DNA of 64,000 nt from Vicugna vicugna (Eukaryota). Below are positions 38,673 through 50,188 of the stretch, piece by piece; the first letter of the stretch is position 1, and each line of letters opens with the position of its first letter. A model generated the notes under the pieces. It saw nothing but the letters and a program-made list of their open reading frames with translations. It had not been told where the DNA came from and did no database searches. Location: the NCBI GenBank assembly GCA_013265495.1, contig MU058290.1, positions 372,001 through 436,000 on the forward strand. Reading direction: 5' to 3'. The position numbers and the translations under genes were made by a program.

Positions 38673-38884
38673 AGAAACAGAACAAGCGGTCGAGAACTAT
38701 GAAAAGAAATAAACAACAGATACACGCTCACAGATGGCTGACGTTTTGGTCAATACTAATAATTATCTGAAAAAACCATTTTTAACCTGAAAATGAGTTA
38801 AATATGATTTTTGTAAATGTTTGTAAATAAGTTAAATACAATTTTGGACTCTAATTGTTCAAGAACATTTTTGATTAACACTTT

Positions 38885-39811
38885 TCATAGCCTCAGAAAT
38901 TTCTGCAGGGCCATTTTCATATCTTTGTTTCTAAGACTATATATCACAGGGTTAAGAAGTGGGGTCACAACAGAATAAAAGAGAGTCACAATTTTCTGCA
39001 TTCCAGCTTCATGCTCAGAGGCTGGGCTTCCATACATGATAACAACTGAGCCATAGAACAGTAAAACCACAGCCAGGTGAGACCCACAGGTGGAGAGAGC
39101 CTTTCTTTGTCCAGCTGCTGAAGGGACTTTGAATACAGCTCTTAAAATCAGAGCATAGGACCCCATGATAAAGGAACAGAGAATGATGAGGGGCACAGGA
39201 CATAAAATGGAGAAGACAAGCTCTATCACAGGAGCTTTTTTGCAAGTGAGTGCTAGAAGAGGACTTGGGTCACACAGGAAGTGGTCAATAATCCTGGAAC
39301 CACAGAAGGACATTTGGGAGATGATGATAATGGGAATCAAAAACCAGAGGAAACCACTTACCCAGCAGCTGACCACAAGATTGGAGCAGAGTCGTCTAGT
39401 CATAAGAGTGGGGTAATGTAGAGGCCGGCAGATGGCAAGGTAGCGATCAAATGCCATTATAGCTAAGAAAAAGCTTTCTGTAGCACCCAAGGAGAAGAAA
39501 AAGTAGAACTGGAGAAAGCATCCAGAGAAGGAGATGACCTTGTTGTCAGAGAGGAAGTTGGCCAACATGTTGGGGACTGTGGAGGTGACATAGCAGATCT
39601 CCAGGAAGGAGAAGTTGGCGAGCAGGATGTACATGGGAGTATGGAGTCTCTGATCCCAGTACACAGCACAGATGATGGAACCATTGCCCGTGAGGGTCAG
39701 GAGGTAGGCACCAGAGAAGAGCACAAAGAGGAGGCTCTGGCCCTCCCTGGAGCAAGGGAAGCCCAGGAGGATGAAGCCAGTGATGTTGCTGGTGGTGTTG
39801 GGGATTTTCAT
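38885..39811 (-). CDS. OR11G2: Olfactory receptor 11G2-like, copy 1 (308 aa, intact)
   Basis: FPCSREGQ, SQMSFCGSRIIDHFLCDP and TCKK match recalled human OR11G2. First ATG is at 39811 (the ORF track starts at a non-ATG codon). Orthology between the two copies is unresolved. Confidence 0.85.
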   Translation of the reverse strand: MKIPNTTSNITGFILLGFPCSREGQSLLFVLFSGAYLLTLTGNGSIICAVYWDQRLHTPMYILLANFSFLEICYVTSTVPNMLANFLSDNKVISFSGCFLQFYFFFSLGATESFFLAIMAFDRYLAICRPLHYPTLMTRRLCSNLVVSCWVSGFLWFLIPIIIISQMSFCGSRIIDHFLCDPSPLLALTCKKAPVIELVFSILCPVPLIILCSFIMGSYALILRAVFKVPSAAGQRKALSTCGSHLAVVLLFYGSVVIMYGSPASEHEAGMQKIVTLFYSVVTPLLNPVIYSLRNKDMKMALQKFLRL

Positions 39812-42054
39812 TTTTCTGTGCTCTGTGTAAGGACCAGCAAATATCAAATGAGTGTATAGGTACTTGGGGATCCAGATTTATATTTAAATCATCTTTGGAA
39901 AGAAATAAGGACTTGTATATCAATAGCTAATTTTTTTCTTGAAAATTGAAATATTGACTTGTGTCCCCTCTTTATTCTCATTCATACTTTCATTGTGGAC
40001 CTAAGAAAATTTCTGATCAGAATTATATAAATTATATACCTGTGAGTATATCACATTAAATAGAGTATCTTTCTATATCTATCTACCTACCTACATTCCG
40101 TTCTCAGAATCATGGAATTTTTTTGACCTTTAGAGGGATGACATCATTGTAATTGTGCCAGAATCTGAGTGAAACTAAGTAGCTATGTGACAGGAACTCA
40201 TAGACCTTTTCAAATGACTTCTTTTATATGACTTTTGAAACTGGCCCTGTTTCAACTAAATGATTGATTTATTAAGTTAATAGTATTCTATACCATTATT
40301 CATCTGTAAAACAATCAGATCAAGTAGAGGAAATTATCCTAGAGGAAAATAGCCTACACTTGTGTTAAAACAGTAATCCTAGCCATTCACAGTAGACCAA
40401 GATGAAAGAATTATTAATGGGCCATTTTGAAACAAGCCTATCTACACTTTCCTGAAAAAGAAATGAAATTTCCCAGTCTACAATTATAATTCTCTTCCAA
40501 TGATATGAACTATGGGTATTACTGATAACACAGAATTCTAAATTCACAGCAGTGGATTTGTAGGGATTGAAAACTAGAATTTTGCTCAACACTCCCCAAT
40601 AACTACTGAGAGCATCTAAAGTTAGAGTGACTTTTACAGGTTTGATATCTGCACAATGCCTTTCTTTGGTTCTACATGAGTTAAAATATTTTTGTTTCCA
40701 TGCACTCACGAATTGAAATTAACTAGTGACCTCTGTAAGTAAATTATAAATGAGCAACAATAAGTCTGTGTTTGCCACCCCTTGTTGCATTGTAAATCCA
40801 AATTTTGCTTTTTTAAATTTGGCACAGGGACCCAGGGAGTCTAATACTTTCCTACTGTGAATACTCAAGTTCTGAGAAACCTCTGGTGCCAAGTGCAAAA
40901 GGTGGCAGCAAGAGCAGCATAAAAATAGGGACACACAAGAATAATTCTGCCTGTGTAAAGGTTCTTAATGGATTCTAATAACTTTAGAATGTAAAGAGTA
41001 TGTCAGTAAGTCTATTACCAATTCAGAGGAAGGTCTTTATTATGCTTAATTGAAAACAATTGTTACTAACCATGATTAGGCATTTTTGACCTGGTTTGTT
41101 CTGCTGGCGTTTCTGAAATTTCATTTTGGGAGCAGGCTTCTGCTCAACAACCTAACAACTGACCACTTGGATTGAATGTTTAAGAACTCTTGTTTTTGGT
41201 GGAATTTATTCCAGTATAGTATTTCCTCCCTTTCCTTTCGCTCACATGTGATTCATCAGCATTTTCTGTTATTTTGTCTCCCAAATAAGTTTCATGCCAA
41301 CACACACTGTTCTTCAAGCCATCATCTTTCATCTCCTGGGCCACAGTGATGCTGTCTGAACTGACTTCCTGTTTCCACCATGCTTTTCTACAACCTGTTA
41401 CCGATGCCTTGGCCTGGGTGATTCTTTAAAAAAAGAAAATCAGGTCAATCCCTCTCCTTGATGAAGTCATCCACAGACTTCAGTTAGGTACCTAATGCAC
41501 TGAGAATAAAATAAAATCTTCACACTACAGTGTATGATTTGACCCCTCCTAACATCTCCAACCTCATCTCATGACTCTGTAATCAGCCACATACATACTT
41601 TCTCTCTCTTTCTCACATACCCACACACATAGAAACAAAAATCCTGTTGTGCAAAGGACACTGAAATTTGAATTCTATATAACTTTCATGTGCCACAGAA
41701 TGTTAGTTTTCTATTGATTTTTTAATTTAAATTAAAAATATAAAAGTTTTAAAATTCCCTGGCTATACAAAAATAGGTAGCAAAAAAAAATAGGACCGTT
41801 GGCCTTAATTTACTGGCTCCCGTTCAGCCTATTTACAGGGACAGGAAAGCAAAGAGCATTCATTTTCCTGTGGAACAATGGAATCTCCTTGACCTAGCAA
41901 GTGACTTTATTAGAAAAGGAAGAGACCCTCAGAGGGCAGCTGGGATCAGCCTGTCCTTCTCCTCTGCTAATAGATCTGTTGGACCGGCTTTCAGCTTAAT
42001 TATAAAAATGAGTTTGTCAAGTCATCAGTATTTGCCTCTCTTTCTGTTTTCTAA

Positions 42055-42098
42055 ACACACACACACACACACACACACACTCACTCACTCACTCACTC
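42055..42098. repeat. (CA)n/(CACT)n microsatellite; paralogous (CA)n at ~60212-60235
   Basis: Read directly from the sequence. Confidence 0.9.
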
Positions 42099-42428
42099 AT
42101 GTGTGCACACCTTCTCTCCTCCCCTCAATACTTTAGTTCTAGAACAGTGGGCTGCTTTGTTTCTAGAAACAAGCAAGTTCTTTCCTGACTCAGGGTCTTT
42201 GTTCTTTTTGTCCTTGGTGGTCATTCTTTATTCCTAGTTCTCAGCACAACATAAGGAAGATACTAGGTATTTTGTAAATATTTTGTAAAGAAATGTTTGT
42301 CTACACTGTTACCAACATGGAGAACATAGACAGATAATAGGTAGATATTTCCCAAATACTTCATTTGAACTTCAAAAGCCCTGTGGGATGAAATTTTAGG
42401 AAATGAATTGTATAAGAAAAGGCTCCAA

Positions 42429-43520
42429 CCTAATGAAAGTTACAAGCTTCTGCACAGCAAAGGAAACCAGAAGTAAAACAAAAAGACAATGTACCGAATG
42501 GGAGAAAATTTTTGCAAATGAAACTGACAAAGGCTTGATCTCCAGAATATATAAGCAGCTCATACGACTCAATAAGAAAAAAATAAACAACCCAATCCAA
42601 AAATGGGCAGAAGACCTAAACAAGCAATTCTCCAAGGAAGACATACAAATGATCAATAGGCACATGAAAAATGCTCAATATCACTAATTATCAGAGAAAT
42701 GCAAATCAAAACTACAATGAGGTATCACCTCACACCAGTGAGAATGGCCATCATTCAAAAATCCACAAATGACAAATGCTGGAGAGGCTGTGGAGAACAG
42801 GGAACCCTCCTACACTGCTGGTGAGAATGCAGTTTGGTGCAGCCACTGTGGAAAACAGTATGGAGATTCCTCAAAAGACCAGGAATAGACTTACCATATG
42901 ACCCAGGAATTCCGCTCCTGGGCATAGATCCAGAAGGAACCCTCTTTCAAAATGATACCTGCATCCCAATGTTCATAGCAGCACTATTTACAATAGCCAA
43001 GACATGGAAACAGCCTAAATGTCCATCAACAGATGACTGGATAAAGAAGAAGTGATATATTTATTCAATGCAATACTATTCAGCCATAGAAACCGACAAC
43101 ATAATGCCATTTGCCGCAACATGGATGATCCTGGAGAATGTCATTCTAAGTGAAGTAAGCCAGAAAGAGAAAGAAAAATACCATATGAGATTACTTATAT
43201 GTGGAATCTAAAAAAAAAAAAAAACCAAACAAAACATAAATACAAAACAGAAACAGACTCATNNNNNNNNNNNNNNNNNNNNNNNNNNNNNNNNNNNNNN
43301 NNNNNNNNNNNNNNNNNNNNNNNNNNNNNNNNNNNNNNNNNNNNNNNNNNNNNNNNNNNNNNNNNNNNNNNNNNNNNNNNNNNNNNNNNNNNNNNNNNNN
43401 NNNCAGAGAAAAAGACAATGAATATATATATGTTCATGTATAACTGAAAAATTGTGCTGAACACTGAAATTTGACACAACATTGTAAAATGACTATAAAT
43501 CAATAAAAAATATTAAAAAA
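42429..43520 (+). mobile_element. Young 5'-truncated LINE-1
   Basis: Exact 15-bp TSD aagaaaaggctccaa at 42414-42428 and 43521-43535. Closely similar to the L1 at 54.4-56.7 kb. Confidence 0.95.
43263..43403. other. Assembly gap (141 N) inside the L1 3'UTR
   Basis: Run of N. Confidence 1.
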
Positions 43521-44141
43521 AAGAAAAGGCTCCAAATAACCTAAGGCTACCAGAGTGTTTGCCCAGACTTGGGAGGAATCCATTCAAAGGACGAAAAAGA
43601 GGGTTAAATGTTCTGCCCGGAAGAACTTGGCCTACCCCAGATAGCTTCCTTTCTGAGTGCTAAAGATAATTATGCTCCCACAAGTGTGTATGTTAAAGTA
43701 GGAGTGACAGCAGATGGGATGGAATTTCTAGGTTCAGCATTGTAGAAATTTGCTCATTATCTCTTAGTGACGTCTTCTAACTATAAGCTTTGTTTTCTTA
43801 AAAAAGAGGAAGTATAATTCTATGATTTTTAATCACTTTTCATTATAACATGCTCACTCCTATTCCAAGTATACTACAAGAACACAAGATATCAAGACTT
43901 TAAGATCTAGAGGTGATATTTTAGTTACATTTATCTTTCAGATGAGAACATGAGTTGGATAGATTGTCACTCATTAATGAAGCCAAAAGATCCAGGGCAA
44001 TTCCTTCTGAGGGTAGTTCTCCACTTTGAGAGTCTGGAAAAGGTGCAGAAGACAAAAAGGATGTGAAAAATGATTCTTTGTGTGTCATCATCATTTTATG
44101 CTTGAACTAAAATTGCCAGTGGGTGGAAAAAAAAAGACATA

Positions 44142-44385
44142 TCTAACAAGACTGTATTCTTTGTTGCTTACCGTTTATTACTTCATTCCTGTGTACAGAG
44201 CAGCAGTGGTGTTTACCTGGCACAGGGTGAGCTGGAGCTGTCCAGAGTGGCAGAAGAGTCCCCTGAATCAGCTGCAGAAAGTGCTGTGGTAGAGGGAGTG
44301 GGAATGTGCATACAGTGGTGTCAAAGCTGTGTTCTGTATACAGGGTGTTTGGACTGAGTTCATTAACAAAGCCAAACAAACCACA
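44142..44385 (-). other. Probable 5' non-coding exon region of OR11G copy 1 (identical to 61171-61414)
   Basis: Minus-strand donors CG|GTAAGC (44171) and CAG|GTAAAC (44216). Identical in the paralogue. Confidence 0.45.
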
Positions 44386-45112
44386 CGCTCACCCCTATTA
44401 TACCTTGGAAAGGCTGGAACAAACCCAGTCTATAACATTTAATATGAAGAAAAGACATTTCTCTGATATTTCACTTGTTTCCCAAAGCTGGTCCAAGTAG
44501 GCACAATAGTGTGGAAGCACATTTGACCGCTCTCATAATGGCACATCCATCTGCTTTGTTTGTCAGGAGGTGCCACACCTGTCTATTTTTGTAAAGCTAT
44601 TGAAAATGAGAACAAGTTTCCCATTTATGAGAAGTGATCAGCAGCTAAAGGATAATCGAAAAGCAAAGGATTTAGACTGAAGAGTCTAGGGTTTGAATTA
44701 CAACTTGTACTTTAACAATTGTGCAACGTGTCTCAAGTCAGCTATATAAACTATTTCCAGTTCTTTCAATTGTAAAATGGGCACAGTAACATTTTCACCA
44801 AAGGGTTGAGGACAGTGAATGAGATAACATTTGGAACCTTGTCTGGGCCTGAAACAGTGTGATGCTTAGGAATTATTAGCTGTATGATTTATAGCTGAAG
44901 CAAAGTAAAAAGCAGTCTTCTTTAGAGGGTAGTAATTTTTCTGGCTCTTTTATGTTTATTTTCTCCTGTAAGCATTACATGATCTCCTTTCATGGACAAG
45001 AGGGGAATCCAGACCTGAAGTTTCAATGTCTGATCTTCCTGGAGAGGAGGGGTGGTCTCCTCCATAAAAACCAATAAGAAGTGAAGGAGTAGAAGTAGGG
45101 TGAAGTTCTCTT

Positions 45113-45447
45113 GGTGTTTGCTGGAGAATGGCTGGATTATAAGCAGAGCCTCCAGGTAGTGAGGATCCATGGGGAATGATTTCCCACTTTCAGAAGCTGT
45201 GTTAGGAGAGTGCTCTGTACTAGTTATTCCCTTCCCCTGGGGCCTGTCTTCTCTGGAGACCCCGATGTCTTCTCCCTTTGTTTTCCAGCAGAGTGGAAAA
45301 CATTGCCTTTTCCAGCCCCAAACTTCTCCAGGATGGCATGAGGTTTAATCAATCTGTAAGCCTTCTCAGAGTGCCTACCAGCTATTCACGGGAAAGTCTG
45401 TAACAGTAACACGGAGTGTGGTGGCTGAGATGGAGGAAGCTGTTCCC
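45113..45447 (-). promoter_or_regulatory. Candidate OR11G copy 1 promoter (identical to 62183-62517)
   Basis: O/E-like sites TCCCCTGGGG (45233-45242) and TCCCCATGGA (on -, 45166-45175), plus a TAATCA core. Lies upstream of the putative 5' exon. Confidence 0.5.
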
Positions 45448-45969
45448 TAGAGGGTTGTCAGTTATGAATTTTGGGAACAGAGCCTCCTCTGATTCTCCAG
45501 GAAGAAGTGATAGGCTGGAGGCATGCTGTGACTTCTGGTATAGAGGGCTGTTCAGTTACCCCAGGTATCAGTACCCTGTTAGATCCTCCATACCGTTTTT
45601 TAAATTAGTAGATCTTTTTTCTTCCTGTTTGTTGTTGACACCTGTGTGGCTCAAGCAGTTGCCTTTCATGGCACACTTTCCGGGTCCAAGAGAGGTCTGA
45701 GTAGGACATTTCACCTCTTCACTCTGGCAGTTACATGAGGGAGTTGTGCTCTAAGCCTCCTTCATCTTGACGGAGGTACAGGTCTTTTAGCACAACTTAT
45801 TTCCTGTCCCTCTATCCCCAATTTGTGAAGCCGTTTCAGGTAAAAAACTTATCAGTTCATTTCACTTACTTGTTTGAATAGCTTTGATGTGTCCCTGTAT
45901 TCACAACATGAGATTCACAGTTGGCCAACAAGGAGTTTACAGTGCAGCTGTAACCCATTGACATACATA

Positions 45970-46490
45970 TATATTTTTTTTATTCATTTATTTATTTATA
46001 CAGAAGTACAGTTTATAATGTGTCCATTTCTGGTGTACAGCATAATGCTTGTCATACATGAACATACATATATTCATTTTCATATTTTTTTCAGCATAAG
46101 TTACTACAAGTTATTGAATAAAGTTCTCTGTGCTATACAGAATAAACTGTTTTAAAATCTATTTTTATATTTAGTGGCTAACATTTGCAAATATCAGACT
46201 CCCAGATTTATCCCTTCCCACCCTCTTTCCTTGGTAACCTTAAGATTTTTTTTTACTATATATCTGAGTCTGTTTCTGTTTTATAGATGAGTTCATAGTG
46301 CCCTTTTTTTCTTTTTAGATATCCAGATACAAGTGATATCATATGGTATTTTTCTTTGTCTTTCTGGCTTACTTTACTTAGAATGACAGTCTAGGTCCAT
46401 CCATGTTGCTGCAAATGGCATGATTTTATTCTTTTTATGGCTGAATAGTATTCCATTGTATTGATATATCACAGCTTCTTTATCCAGTCA
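45970..46490 (-). mobile_element. L1 3' end fragment
   Basis: Antisense L1 3'UTR and end of ORF2 (ccatgttgctgcaaatggca). Confidence 0.85.
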
Positions 46491-47439
46491 TTTGCAGTCA
46501 GAAATTTTTACGGTGGAAGATGAAGTGTGCATGCAGATTTTCCAGTTAAAAAAATAATGGATTTGTCATTGAATTTTTTCTTTCAAATATTTATAGAGAG
46601 TAACCTTCTTAGAAGGGAAGATTTAGAGAAGTATTTTCAGAAGATTATATGTCTTCTGAGGATACAGCCTTGTTGACATTGTTCACTGTTGAACAGAATC
46701 CTGCTGCAACTTCTCTTAGAAATAAAACAACAGAGATTATCTGCCACTCATATGTTCTGCTACTACCCAGTGGCAGAGATGTGTCAGATACGAAGTCATT
46801 TTCTTATAGAGAATGTGCAGGAGGGATTACCTCATTCTGCAGCCAACCTGATTTCAGATGAGCTTTCAAGTCAGGTTGTTACAGACCATCTTCCTAGAGT
46901 GTCTGTATCACTGTTTAGTTCAAGACTATGAACAACTACAGAATGATACCACCATTTTTTCATGTTCCCTTTTGGTATCATATTACCCATCATTATTTCT
47001 CTGATTTTAAATCCCATTTTTGTTGGTTCAAACAAATCTTATTCCCTTCCTCCATTTCTTCATTCTTTTCTCGTTTTCCCATCCTTCCACTCCTACTTTC
47101 TTTTTCTCACCCTCTCTTTTTCTCCCTCTCCCTCTCTATCCCTCTTTCTCACTTCTTCTGTCTCCTCTCTTTGTCCCTTTCTCCCCTCCTTTCATCATTG
47201 CACCATTACCGCCTTTTCCTTCTTCCTCTCCAGGCCACCTTTTTAAGTTTCTCTGAGGAGTTTCTTGTACTTTTGGAAACATTCACACATTGAAACTTGC
47301 TGGGAGTTCTCATCATTAATCATTTGAAACTGAGTTTATGCTAAAATTTTATTTTGACTACAAAAAGAGCTTTTATTAGTAAATCACATTTTTCAGTTGA
47401 ATTTTTTTTCTGAGCCAATGTGTAGTTTTGTCCTAAAGA

Positions 47440-48840
47440 TGTCTTTTTTTTAGAGACTTTACTTTGAGGTAAGTTTGACATGCAAAAGCTGTACATACTA
47501 AACATGGATGAATTTTGAGGTAAGAGTACACCTGTGAAACCATCACTACCATCAAGTACACAGACATATTTATCACTTCCCAAAGTTTCTACCTCCCTTA
47601 TTATTTTGTGTGGCAAGAATATCTACCCTCTTAGAATTTTAAAGCATACAATATAGGATTGTTTATTGTTTCCTTTCCTGTTGAGAAGCTTTTTAGTTTA
47701 ATGTAGGTTTATGTGTTAATTTTGCTCTTGTTTTTCTTTTTGGTTTCATATCCAAAGAATTATTGCTTAGACTAATATTAAGAACATTTTCATCTATGGG
47801 TTCTTCTAGGTGTTTTATAGTCTCAGATCTTACATTTAAATCTTTAATATGTTTTGAGTTGATTTTTGTGTATGGTGTAAGATATGGTTCCAATTTTATT
47901 CATTTATTTTTCCCTCATTTTAAAAAATTGAATGAAAAATTCTTTAAATTTTATAGTGATTTCTAATTTTGAAAAATTGTGACACATGATTTCATATAAT
48001 TTCATATTGATGTTTTTTACCCACCACCTTCTCTATACTGCCCCTGCTCCCTTACCTTTCCCTACTGTCACTAGATTGTTCTCTATATCTGAATCTGCTT
48101 CTTTTTTGTTTTATCCAATAGTTTGTTGCATTTTTGGTTTTCACATATCAGTGGTATCATATGGTATTTGTCTTTCTGCATCTGACTTATTTCATCTTGC
48201 ATAGTGTTCTTCAAGTCCATCTATGTTACTGCAAAGGGCAAAATTTCATTTATTTTTTATGACTGAGTAGCATTCCCTTGTACCACATCTTAATCCATTC
48301 ATCTGTTGATGGACACTTAGTTTGCTTCCATTTCTTGGCAATTGTAAATAATGCTACTATGAACACTGAGGTGCATGTATGTTTTGGAATTAGTGTCTTT
48401 GTTGGTTTTGGATATATATCCAGGAGTGGAATTGCTGGGTCATATGTCTGTTCTATTTTTAGTTTTTGAGAAGCCTCCATACTATTTCCCACAATGGCTG
48501 CACCTTGCCAACAGTGTAGGAGGGTTTTCTTTTCTCCACGTCCTTGCCAACATTTGTTATTTGTGTTCTCTTTGAGGAGAGCCATTCTGACCTGTGCGAG
48601 GTGATCTTCTTGTGGCTTTGATTTGCATTTCCTTGATGTTTAGTGACGTTGAGCATCTTTTCGTGTGCCCTTCTCCATCTACCTTTCCTCTTTGAAAAAA
48701 TGTCATTTCAGTTCTTCTGACTATTTTTTAATTGAGTCATATGCTTTTTGATGTTGAACTGTATGAGCTGTTTATATATGTTGGATATTAACCCCTTACT
48801 GGTCCTTACATTTATAAATATTTTCTCTCTTTCAGTAGGT
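47440..48840 (-). mobile_element. Composite L1 fragments
   Basis: Minus-strand ORFs with L1 ORF2 peptides [12 protein letters not shown] and [13 protein letters not shown]. Confidence 0.8.
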
Positions 48841-48867
48841 AATGAAATTATTAGTAATGTGCTATTA

Positions 48868-49359
48868 CAGGTCTTCCTTGACCTACCATGGGGTTACATC
48901 CTGATAAAACCATCAATAAGTTGAAAATATTATTTATCAGCAATGCATTTAATACCCCTAACCTACCAAACATCATAGTTTAGACTAGCCTACCTTAAAT
49001 GTGCTCAGAACACTTACATTAGTGTTTAACTGGGGCAAAAGCATATAACATAAGGCCTGTTTTATAATGTAATGTTGCATATCTCATGTGATTTATTGAA
49101 TTCTGTACTACAAGCGAAATACAGAATGGTTGTATGAGTACAGGGTGGTTGTTTATCCTTGTGATCATGTGGCTGACTGGGAGCTGCGGCTTGTTGTCAA
49201 TACCCAGCGTCACGACAGAGAATCTTACCACATTTCACTAACCTAGAAAAAGAATAAAATTCAAAATTCATAGCATGGTTTCTACTAAATGAGTATTGCT
49301 TTTCTATAATAGTAAAGCTGAAAAATCACAAGTGCCCCATCAATGTCGTGAGCAGTCTT
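48868..49359 (+). mobile_element. MER47/Tigger5-like Tc1-mariner DNA transposon fossil
   Basis: TA|CAG start, then 'atggggttacatcctgataaaaccatc...ctaacctaccaaacatcatag...gtgctcagaacacttacattag', matching the recalled MER47/Tigger5 consensus. Confidence 0.7.
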
Positions 49360-49709
49360 TGCTTGATATTGAAACATTTTATAATAAAGCATAAAATTGG
49401 GGGGAAAAAAACGGAAAACAAAGACCTGCATATTACTACTCAAACATCGCCATTTAAAATATTTTGGTATACTTCCCTATGTATTTTTCCTAAAGACTTG
49501 ATTTTAATATTTATGTACATGTATTGTATTGTATTTACAAAATATATTTATTCACTTAGTTTTTATCAGCCGTTTTTCATAAACACTTCCTAATAGCTGG
49601 ATATTATTCCACATGGAGAATTTTTCCCACTTTTCAGTAATATATAAAATATATATATATATATATATAAATATACAGTATATATAGCTCTATTATGACA
49701 AATTAATAA

Positions 49710-50130
49710 TGATGAACAGCATGATCTTTGACGTCAAAGAGTCTCAACTGAACCTCTGCTTTCCTAGTTCTTATTACATTATATTATTAGCAAGTTGTAC
49801 CTATTCTCTCTAGGGCTTAGTTTTCTATTCCATACAACATGTAAAATAGTAATAGCTCATCTGATGTTGTAATGAGGACTAAAAGATACAGTGTATACAA
49901 AATGCTTAGCTGATGGACTCATATATAATAAGCTGATATTAGGAAACAGCATAGCATAACAGTTAATAGTATGGTTTCTGGAGTCATAATTCTTTCATTC
50001 AACCTGGTTCCAACATTCATCAACTGTTGATGTCTAAGGCAACTAGCTTAACCAGTCTAGGCTGTAGTTATTTCATCTATAAAATGAAGATACTGACATG
50101 TGCCTGAGGTTGTATGATTCTTGAATGGTT
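49710..50130. mobile_element. MIR SINE fragments
   Basis: Degenerate MIR core, e.g. 'tttcatctataaaatgaagata' and 'gttgtaatgaggactaaaagata'. Confidence 0.55.
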
Positions 50131-50188
50131 AAGGTGGAAGTTAAACTTAGGCACGTTGAGAGTTAGCTAGCATGAATTTTTAAGTTAC

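Larger units (their letters stand above)
38673..45960. repeat. Segmental duplication unit 1 (OR11G gene plus ~6 kb upstream), paralogous to 56745-63032
   Basis: Collinear similarity throughout the non-coding sequence, e.g. 40130-40340 vs 58300-58500 and 41320-41560 vs 59500-59730. Both units end at 'taacccattg'. Confidence 0.9.

Noticed and set aside
44143..44379. Identical 78-aa ORF at 44143-44379 and 61172-61408 as a conserved microprotein
   Set aside because: Identity is at DNA level with no synonymous changes, it starts at a non-ATG codon, and it has no recognisable domain. The identical DNA tract explains it.
46689..46931. Possible missing 5' half of the OR pseudogene (QQRLSATHMF...AEMCQI)
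   Set aside because: Resemblance to DQRLHTPMY...LEICY is too weak to support by eye.
46928..47293. Overlapping ORFs rich in Ser/Leu/Phe/Pro
   Set aside because: Translation of a CT-rich low-complexity tract.
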